A DNA stretch of 64,000 bases from Botryllus schlosseri (lineage: Eukaryota). Below the pieces are notes generated by a model. It saw nothing but the letters and a program-made list of their open reading frames with translations. It ran no database searches and was not told where the DNA came from. The stretch covers positions 9,054,001 to 9,118,000 of the forward strand of contig CM119372.1 in assembly GCA_051294905.1 (NCBI GenBank). Reading direction: 5' to 3'. This document shows, piece after piece, positions 53,800-64,000 of this stretch. Each line of letters opens with the position of its first letter. Positions within the stretch are counted from its first letter, which is position 1. A program made the position numbers and the translations under genes.

Positions 53800-56700
53800 C
53801 CCGAATTTTGACCTGAAAAAGACGGTAGAATTCGACTAAACTTAATTCTATTATGCTTCGGGACAAGCCTCGACTCCTGAATGTGATTAAAAGTGGAGCA
53901 CTTGTCTATGATAGAAATATCGGCGTCTTTAATCCGAGAGCTATACGTGTAACTTTGCGAAAGACGTTGGCCAGGTGATGATACTCGCGCAATTTCTCTG
54001 AAAAGTAGATATGAAATTCGACTCGAACTAGACGGTAGAATTGGCTAAAACTAGGTTCGATTATGCTTTGGGACAAGACTCGACTCCTGTACGTGGTTAA
54101 AAGTGGAGCACTTGTATATAATATAAATATCGGCGTCTTTAATCCGAGAGCTATACGTGTAATTTTGCGAAAGACGTTGGCCAGGTGATGATACTCGCGC
54201 AATTTCTCGGAAAAGTAGATATGAAATTCGACTCGAACTAGACGGTAGAATTGGCTAAAACTAGGTTCGATTATGCTTTGGGACCAGACTCGACTCCTGT
54301 ACGTGGTTAAAAGTGGAGCACTTGTATATAATAAAAATATCGGCGTCTTTAATCCGAGAGCTATACGTGTAATTTTGCGAAAGACGTTGGCCAGGTGATG
54401 ATACTCGCGCAATTTCTCTGAAAAGTAGAGATGAAATTCGACTCGAACTAGACGGTAGAATTGGCTAAAACTCGGTTCGATTATGCTTTGGGACAAGCCT
54501 CGACTCCTGTACGTGGTTAAAAGTGGAGCACTTGTCTATAATAGAAATATCGGCGTCTTTAATCCGAGAGCTATACGTGTAGTTTTGCGAAAGACGTTGG
54601 CCAGGTGATGATACTCGCGCAATTTCTCTGAAAAGTAGAGATGAAATTCGACTCGAACTAGACGGTAGAATTGGCTAAAACTCGGTTCGATTATGCTTTG
54701 GGACAAGCCTCGAATCCTGTACGTGGTTAAAAGTGGAGCACTTGTCTATAATAGAAATATCGCCGTCTTTAATCCGAGAGCTATACGTGTAATTTTGCGA
54801 AAGACGTTGGCCAGGTGATGATACTCGCGCTATTTCTCTGAAAAGTAGAGATGAAATTCGACTCGAACTAGACGGTAGAATTGGCGAAAACTCGGTTCGA
54901 TTATGCTTTGGGACAAGCCTCGACTCCTGCACGTGGTTAAAGGTGGAGCACTTGTCTATAATAGAAATATCGGCGTCTTTAATCCGAGAGCTATACGTGT
55001 AATTTTGCGAAAGACGTTGGCCAGGTGATGATACTCGCGCAATTTCTCTGAAAAGTAGAGATGAAATTCGACTCGAACTAGACGGTAGAATTGGCTAAAA
55101 CTCGGTTCGATTATGCTTTGGGACAAGCCTCGACTCCTGTACGTGGTTAAAAGTGGAGCACTTGTCTATAATAGAAATATCGGCGTCTTTAATCCGAGAG
55201 TTATACGTGTAATTTTGCGAAAGACGTTGGCCAGGTGATGATACTCGCGCAATTTCTCTGAAAAGTAGAGATGAAATTCGACTCGAACTAGACGGTAGAA
55301 TTGGCTAAAACTCGGTTCGATTATGCTTTGGGACAAGCCTCGAATCCTGTACGTGGTTAAAAGTGGAGCACTTGTCTATAATAGAAATATCGGCGTCTTT
55401 AATCCAAGAGCTATACGTGTAATTTTGCGAAAGACGTTGGCCAGGTGATGATACTCGCGCAATTTCTCTGAAAAGTAGAGATGAAATTCGACTCGAACTA
55501 GACTGTAGAATTGGCTAAAACTCGGTTCGATTATGCTTTGGGACAAGCCTCGACTCCTGAACGTGGTTAAAAGTGGAGCACTTGTCTATGATAGAAATAT
55601 CAGCGTCTTTAATCCGAGAGCTATACGTGTAATTTTGCGAAAGACGTTGGTCAGATGATGATACTCGCGCAATTTCTCTGAAAAGTAGAGATGAAATTCG
55701 ACTCGAACTAGACATTAGAATTGGCTAAAACTAGGTTCGATTATGCTTTGGGACAAGACTCGACTCCTGTACGTGGTTAAAAGTGGAGCACTTGTATGTA
55801 ATAGAAATATCGGCGTCTTTAATCCGAGAGCTATACGTGTAATTTTGCGAAAGACGTTGGCCAGGTGATGATACTCGCGCAATTTCTCTGAAAAGTAGAT
55901 ATGAAATTCGACACGAACTAGACGGTAGAATTGGCTAAAACTAGGTTCGATTATGCTTTGGGACAAGACTCGACTCCTGTACGTGGTTAAAAGTGGAGCA
56001 CTTGTATATAATAGAAATATCGGCGTCTTTAATCCGAGAGCTATACGTGTAATTTTGCGAAAGACGTTGGCCAGGTGATGATACTCGCGCAATTTCTCTG
56101 AAAAGTAGAGATGAAATTCGACTCGAACTAGACGGTAGAATGGGCTAAAACTCGGTTCGATTATGCTTTGGGACAAGCCTCGACTCCTGTACGTGGTTAA
56201 AAGTGGAGCACTTGTCTATAATAGAAATATCGGCGTCTTTAATCCGAGAGCTATACGTGTAGTTTTGCGAAAGACGTTGGCCAGGTGATGATACTCGCGC
56301 AATTTCTCTGAAAAGTAGAGATGAAATTCGACTCGAACTAGACGGTAGAATTGGCTAAAACTCGGTTCGATTATGCTTTGGGACAAGCCTCGAATCCTGT
56401 ACGTGGTTAAAAGTGGAGCACTTGTCTATAATAGAAATGTCGGCGTCTTTAATCCGAGAGCTATACGTGTAATTTTGCGAAAGACGTTGGCCAGGTGATG
56501 ATACTCGCGCAATTTCTCTGAAAAGTAGAGAGGAAATTCGACTCGAACTAGACGGTAGAATTGGCTAAAACTCGGTTCGATTATGCTTTGGGACAAGCCT
56601 CGAATCCTGTACGTGGTTAAAAGTGGAGCACTTGTCTATAATAGAAATATCGGCGTCTTTAATCCGAGAGTTATACGTGTAATTTTGCGAAAGACGTTGG

Positions 56701-59700
56701 CCAGGTGATGATACTCGCGCAATTTCTCTGAAAAGTAGAGATGAAATTCGACTCGAACTAGACGGTAGAATTGGCTAAAACTCGGTTCGATTATGCTTTG
56801 GGACAAGCCTCGACTCCTGAACGTGGTTAAAAGTGGAGCACTTGTCTATGATAGAAATATCAGCGTCTTTAATCCGAGAGCTATACGTGTAATTTTGCGA
56901 AAGACGTTGGTCAGATGATGATACTCGCGCAATTTCTCTGAAAAGTAGAGATGAAATTCGACTCGAACTAGACATTAGAATTGGCTAAAACTAGGTTCGA
57001 TTATGCTTTGGGACAAGACTCGACTCCTGTACGTGGTTAAAAGTGGAGCACTTGTATGTAATAGAAATATCGGCGTCTTTAATCCGAGAGCTATACGTGT
57101 AATTTTGCGAAAGACGTTGACCAGGTGATGATACTCGCGCAATTTCTCTGAAAAGTAGATATGAAATTCGACTCGAACTAGACGGTAGAATTGGCTAAAA
57201 CTAGGTTCGATTATGCTTTGGGACAAGACTCGACTCCTGTACGTGGTTAAAAGTGGAGCACTTGTATATAATAGAAATATCGGCGTCTTTAATCCGAGAG
57301 CTATACGTGTAATTTTGCGAAAGACGTTGGCCAGGTGATGATACTCGCGCAATTTCTCTGAAAAGTAGAGATGAAATTCGACTCGAACTAGACGGTAGAA
57401 TTGGCTAAAACTCAGTTCGATTATGCTTTGGGACAAGCCTCGACTCCTGTACGTGGTTAAAAGTGGAGCACTTGTATATAATAGAAATATCGGCGTCTTT
57501 AATCCGAGAGCTATACGTGTAATTTTGCGAAAGACGTTGGCCAGGTGATGATACTCGCGCAATTTCTCTGAAAAGTAGAGATGAAATTCGACTCGAACTA
57601 GACGGTAGAATTGGCTAAAACTCGGTTCGATTATGCTTTGGGACAAGCCTCGACTCCTGTACGTGGTTAAAAGTGGAGCACTTGTCTATAATAGAAATAT
57701 CGGCGTCTTTAATCCGAGAGCTATACGTGTAGTTTTGCGAAAGACGTTGGCCAGGTGATGATACTCGCGCAATTTCTCTGAAAAGTAGAGATGAAATTCG
57801 ACTCGAACTAGACGGTAGAATTGGCTAAAACTCGGTTCGATTATGCTTTGGGACAAGCCTCGAATCCTGTACGTGGTTAAAAGTGGAGCACTTGTCTATA
57901 ATAGAAATGTCGGCGTCTTTAATCCGAGAGCTATACGTGTAATTTTGCGAAAGACGTTGGCCAGGTGATGATACTCGCGCAATTTCTCTGAAAAGTAGAG
58001 AGGAAATTCGACTCGAACTAGACGGTAGAATTGGCTAAAACTCGGTTCGATTATGCTTTGGGACAAGCCTCGACTCCTGAACGTGGTTAAAAGTGGAGCA
58101 CTTGTCTATGATAGAAATATCAGCGTCTTTAATCCGAGAGCTATACGTGTAATTTTGCGAAAGACGTTGGTCAGGTGATGATACTCGCGCAATTTCTCTG
58201 AAAAGTAGAGATGAAATTCGACTCGAACTAGACGGTAGAATTGGCTAAAACTAGGTTCGATTATGCTTTGGGACAAGACTCGACTCCTGTACCTGGTTAA
58301 AAGTGGAGCACTTGTATATAATAGAAATATCGGCGTCTTTAATCCGAGAGCTATACGTGTAATTTTACGAAAGACGTTGGCCAGGTGATGATACTCGCGC
58401 TATTTCTCTGAAAAGTAGAGATGAAATTCGACTCGAACTAGACGGTAGAATTGGCGAAAACTCGGTTCGATTCTGCTTTTGGACAAGCCTCGACTCCTGC
58501 ACGTGGTTAAAGGTGGAGCACTTGTCTATAATAGAAATATCGGCGTCTTTAATCCGAGAGCTATACGTGAAATTTTGCAAAAGACGTTGGCCAGGTGATG
58601 ATACTCGCGCAATTTCTCTGAAAAGTAGAGATGAAATTCGACTCGAACTAGACGGTAGAATTGGCTAAAACTCGGTTCGATTATGCTTTGGGACAAGACT
58701 CGACTCCTGTACGTGGTTAAAATTGGAGCACTTGCCTATAATAGAAATATCGGCGTCTTTAATCCGAGAGCTATACGTGTAGTTTTGCGAAAGACGTTGG
58801 CCAGGTGATAATCGCACGGATTCTTTTGAAACTACACTCTAATTTCAACCGGAACAAGGCGGTAGAATTCGAAGAAACTTAGTTCGAACATGATTCACGA
58901 CAAGCTTCGACTCGTGTACGTGTCTACGTTTTGATGCCGTATCGATTATTTAAATGGTGACATCTTAAATCAGACGGCCATGTGCTAATTTTCGACAAGC
59001 ATTGGCGGAGTGATGATACTCGCGCAATTTCTCTGAAAAGTAGAGATGAAATTCGACTCGAACTAGACGGTAGAATTGGCTAAAACTCGGTTCGATTATG
59101 CTTTGGGACAAGACTCGACTCCTGTACGTGGTTAAAAGTGGAGCACTTGTCTATAATAGAAATATCGGCGTCTTTAATCCGAGAGCTATACGTGTAATTT
59201 TGCGAAAGACGTTGGCCAGGTGATGATACTCGCGCAATTTTTCTGAAAAGTAGAGATGAAATTCGACTCGAACTAGACGGTAGAATTGGCTAAATCTCGG
59301 TTCGATTATGCTTTGGGACAAGACTCGACTCCTGTACGTGGTTAAAAGTGGAGCACTTGTCTATAATAGAAATATCGGCGTCTTTAATCCGAGAGCTATA
59401 CGTGTAATTTTGCGAAAGACGTTGGCCATGGTGATGATACTCGCGCAATTTCTCTGAAAAGTAGAGATGAAATTCGACTCGAACTAGACGGTAGAATTGG
59501 CTAAAACTAGGTTCGATTATGCTTTGGGACAAGACTCGACTCCTGTACGTGGTTAAAAGTGGAGCACTTGTCTCTAATAGAAATATCGGCGTCTTTAATC
59601 CGAGAGCTATACGTGTAATTTTGCGAAAGACGTTAACCCGGTGATGATACTCGCGCAATTTCTCTGAAAAGTAGAGATGAAATTCGACTCGAACTAGACG

Positions 59701-62700
59701 GTAGAATTGGCTAAAACTCGGTTCGATTATGCTTTGGGACAAGACTCGACTCCTGTACGTGGTTAAAAGTGGAGCACTTGTCTATTATAGAAATATCGGC
59801 GTCTTTAATCCGAGAGCTATACGTGTAATTTTGCGAAAGACGTTAACCAGGTGATGATACTCGCGCAATTTCTCTGAAAAGTAGAGATGAAATTCGACTC
59901 GAACTAGACGGTAGAATTGGCTAAAACTCGGTTCGATTATGCTCTGGGACAAGCCTCGACTCCTGAACGTGGTTAAAAGTGGAGCACTTGTCTATGATAG
60001 AAATATCGGCGTGTTTAATCCGAGAGCTATACGTGTAACTTTGCGAAAGACGTTGGCCAGGTGATGATACTCGCGCAATTTCTCTGAAAAGTAGAGATGA
60101 AATTCGACTCGAACTAGACGGTAGAAGTGGCTAAAACTCGGTTCGGTTATGCTTTGGGACAAGCCTCGACTCCTGAACGTGGTTAAAAGTGGAGCACTTG
60201 TATATGATAGAAATATCGGCGTCTTTAATCCGAGAGCTATACGTGTAATTTTGCGAAAGACGTTGGCCAGGTGATGATACTCGCGCAATTTCTCTGAAAA
60301 GTAGAGATGAAATTCGACTCGAACTAGACGGTAGAATTGGCTAAAACTAGGTTCGATTATGCTTTGGGACAAGACTCGAATCCTGTACGTGCTTAAAAGT
60401 GGAGTACTTGTATATAATAGAAATATCGGCGTCTTTAATCCGAGAGCTATACGTGTAATTTTGCGAAAGACGTTGGCCAGGTGATGATACTCGCGCAATT
60501 TCTCTGAAAAGTAGAGATGAAATTCGACTCGAACTAGACGGTAGAATTGGCTAAAACTAGGTTCGATTATGCTTTGGGACAAGACTCGACTCCTGTACGT
60601 GGTTAAAAGTGGAGCACTTGTATATAATAGAAATATCGGCGTCTTTAATCCGAGAGCTATACGTGTAATTTTGCGAAAGACGTTGGCCAGGTGATGATAC
60701 TCGCGCAATTTCTCTGAAAAGTAGAGATGAAATTCGACTCGAACTAGACGGTAGAATTGGCTAAAACTAGGTTCGATTATGCTTTGGGACAAGACTCGAC
60801 TCCTGTACGTGGTTAAAAGTGGAGCACTTGTCTCTAATAGAAATATCGGCGTCTTTAATCCGAGAGCTATACGTGTAATTTTGCGAAAGACGTTAACCCG
60901 GTGATGATACTCGCGCAATTTCTCTGAAAAGTAGAGATGAAATTCGACTCGAACTAGACGGTAGAATTGGCTAAAACTCGGTTCGATTATGCTTTGGGAC
61001 AAGACTCGAATCCTGTACGTGGTTAAAAGTGGAGCACTTGTCTATTATAGAAATATCGGCGTCTTTAATCCGAGAGCTATACGTGTAATTTTGCGAAAGA
61101 CGTTAACCAGGTGATGATACTCGCGCAATTTCTCTGAAAAGTAGAGATGAAATTCGACTCGAACTAGACGGTAGAATTGGCTAAAACTCGGTTCGATTAT
61201 GCTCTGGGACAAGCCTCGACTCCTGAACGTGGTTAAAAGTGGAGCACTTGTCTATGATAGAAATATCGGCGTGTTTAATCCGAGAGCTATACGTGTAACT
61301 TTGCGAAAGACGTTGGCCAGGTGATGATACTCGCGCAATTTCTCTGAAAAGTAGAGATGAAATTCGACTCGAACTAGACGGTAGAAGTGGCTAAAACTCG
61401 GTTCGGTTATGCTTTGGGACAAGCCTCGACTCCTGAACGTGGTTAAAAGTGGAGCACTTGTATATGATAGAAATATCGGCGTCTTTAATCCGAGAGCTAT
61501 ACGTGTAATTTTGCGAAAGACGTTGGCCAGGTGATGATACTCGCGCAATTTCTCTGAAAAGTAGAGATGAAATTCGACTCGAACTAGACGGTAGAATTGG
61601 CTAAAACTAGGTTCGATTATGCTTTGGGACAAGACTCGAATCCTGTACGTGCTTAAAAGTGGAGTACTTGTATATAATAGAAATATCGGCGTCTTTAATC
61701 CGAGAGCTATACGTGTAATTTTGCGAAAGACGTTGGCCAGGTGATGATACTCGCGCAATTTCTCTGAAAAGTAGAGATGAAATTCGACTCGAACTAGACG
61801 GTAGAATTGGCTAAAACTAGGTTCGATTATGCTTTGGGACAAGACTCGACTCCTGTACGTGGTTAAAAGTGGAGCACTTGTATATAATAGAAATATCGGC
61901 GTCTTTAATCCGAGAGCTATACGTGTAATTTTGCGAAAGACGTTGGCCAGGTGATGATACTCGCGCAATTTCTCTGAAAAGTAGAGATGAAATTCGACTC
62001 GAACTAGACGGTAGAATTGGCTAAAACTAGGTTCGATTATGCTTTGGGACAAGCCTCGACTCCTGTACGTGGTTAAAAGTGGAGCACTTGTCTATAATAG
62101 AAATATCGGCGTCTTTAATCCGAGAGCTATACGTGTAATTTTGCGAAAGACATTGGCCAGGTGATGATACTCGCGCAATTTCTCTGAAAAGTAGAGATGA
62201 AATTCGACTCGAACTAGACGGTAGAATTGGCTAAAACTCGGTTCGATTATGCTTTGGGACAAGCCTCGAATCCTGTACGTGGTTAAAAGTGGAGCACTTG
62301 TCTATAATAGAAATATCGGCGTCTTTAATCCAAGAGCTATACGTGTAATTTTGCGAAAGACGTTGGCCATGTGATAATCGCTCGGATTCTTTTGAAACTA
62401 CACTCTAATTTCAACCGGAACAAGACGGTAGAATTCGATGAAACTTAGTTCGAACATGATTCACGACAAGCTTCGACTCGTGTACGTGTCTACGTTTTGA
62501 TGCCGTATCGATAATTTAAATGGTGACATCTTAAATCAGACGGCCATGTGCTAATTTTCGACAAACATTGGCGGAGTGATGATACTCGCGCAATTTCTCT
62601 GAAAAGTAGAGATGAAATTCGACTCGAACTAGACGGTAGAATTGGCTAAAACTCGGTTCGATTATGCTTTGGGACAAGACTCGACTCCTGTACGTGGTTA

Positions 62701-62758
62701 AAAGTGGAGCACTTGTCTATAATAGAAATATCGGCGTCTTTAATCCGAGAGCTATACG
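53800..62758 (-). repeat. 210-bp satellite array, ~42 units, opposite orientation, with a 1260-bp higher-order repeat
   Basis: Period 210 visible throughout; variant-B units at ~58805-59010 and ~62370-62580; diagnostic SNPs recur every 1260 bp. Confidence 0.95.
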
Positions 62759-64000
62759 CAGGCCGTGTTATTTTTGGCATATGCCAAAACTGCCAAAAAT
62801 AACTTATTTTTGGCATTTTTCGATTTTTATTTTCGGCAGTTTTGGCATCGTCATCTAAATAGATAGTTTCAGCCTCGAATTAGTCACAAAAACGCTTTAT
62901 TTGGGCTAGTTTGTCAAAAGACACCACAAAATGTGCAGCATCCACGTATAATCAGTGCCAACAAACAATAATAAGAAAAAACCGAACGATTTCATAGGTT
63001 AATAATATCAAACGAAACCACAAAATGTGCAGTATCCATCGGAATCGGTGCCAATAAGCCAAAAAAAAAAAAAAACCTAACAAACACGCTCAACAGCTGA
63101 TTGTTACAGCTGTCGAATAGACTTAAATCGTTTGCACTGTAACAGTGCTTCCAAGCTCAGGTCAGCTTAGTTTCTCATAAATTCATTTCTCGCCCAGCGA
63201 GTCTGAGAAATATCGGCTTCAACAGTAGCCGTTGATGGAAAGAATGTTGCCAGTCATCCACAAAAGGTTTTCAGACCTTCAAAATCTTTGGAGGGCCGAA
63301 CCGGCTTCCATACATCATGAAAAGAGATCACTTCGCCAGTGCCATCGATCTCATCGCGGAAAGAATTTTCTTCCAGATCCTTTCCCAGGAGTTTCCTGTG
63401 TTGTCTCTCAACACATTCTATTTAGTAGCCCGACTATCATTTCTCCTTCAGTCTACCGATATATTTTCGGAGGACTTTTGTCACTTCAGGTGGCTTTAAT
63501 ATTACCAACTCGCATGGAAGAGTCCTGGGAAGGTTAGCTTGTTTAAGAACATTGACGCAACAAGACTGTCTGGCAAAACGAGACTATGCAGCTCAGAAAT
63601 AGCCAGACAGTTTGTTGCGTCACAATGTTCAACTCGATCACAATGCAAAAATCGTGGTTGATTTTGGAGGTTCCAGTTCCATGAGCAGAATATAATTTAT
63701 ATTTTAATAATCAGTTCTGCGGCAGCTTCTCATTGATACCCGTTTTATCAAATTTAGCGCTCGACAAGCCGGTCAAAAATGGTCGTAAAATTGCCTTTTG
63801 ACAAATGGAAAGTATGACGTAAACCAAATGCAGTCAGCCGTTCAATCTCGCTGTGCCCACACCATTTAGGACACCATGCTTTCACCCCTAATGGGTGGGC
63901 TGGACCCAGATTAAGAAACCTGCCTTTCACAAACGCTATTCTCGCTTGTAACGCGGTCCTGTTAACAGAACACCATGAACGAAATACACTATTTGGCAGG
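62759..64000 (-). mobile_element. Decayed hAT-like transposon inserted into the satellite; runs off the window
   Basis: Terminus CAGGCCGTG with ttttggca repeats; minus-strand remnants LPRTLPCELVIL...IECVERQHRKL...SFHDVW...FCG*LATFFPSTATVEADIS...DLSLEALLQCK. Confidence 0.7.

Noticed and set aside
53906..62052. Long minus-strand ORFs (up to 336 aa) repeating SQSIIEPSFSQFYRLVRVEF...
   Set aside because: Artefact of a 210-bp (70-codon) satellite; many units carry TAG stops and starts are non-ATG
43545..62758. CRISPR-like array interpretation of the 204-bp and 210-bp repeats
   Set aside because: Whole units are homologous with no unique spacers; no cas genes; eukaryotic context

Overview
Eukaryotic (animal) genomic DNA with short spliceosomal introns and very dense transposon content; a marine invertebrate such as an ascidian is a guess only. 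Host genes assembled by reading splice sites: (1) two tandem rolling stone-like membrane-protein paralogues with identical exon lengths, one using a GC-AG first intron; (2) an 8-exon NAAA/acid-ceramidase-family Ntn hydrolase on the minus strand; (3) a secreted ~550-aa protein with two WxxW/CysD mucin-type domains. Between them are hAT MITEs with 8-bp TSDs, a decayed Tc1/mariner-like element, a tRNA-type SINE, LINE 3' tails ending in (ATG)n, two Gypsy fragments and Penelope-like pLTRs whose consensus forms a minimal hammerhead ribozyme. From 37.7 kb to the end there is no recognisable host gene, only a nested mobile-DNA complex. It comprises a CACTA/EnSpm-type terminus with a decayed DUF4806-like gene, a DDE-deleted pogo-like element, and a 3.2-kb foldback element (long TIRs built from ~204-bp repeats, 8-bp TSD) whose only cargo is a Ulp1-like SUMO protease remnant followed by an open USP deubiquitinase ORF. 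It also holds a 4.9-kb MULE-type foldback with 15-bp minisatellite arms, an inverted pair of 210-bp satellite arrays with a 1260-bp higher-order repeat, and a decayed hAT-like transposase. All family calls are from motif recognition by eye; no searches were run.
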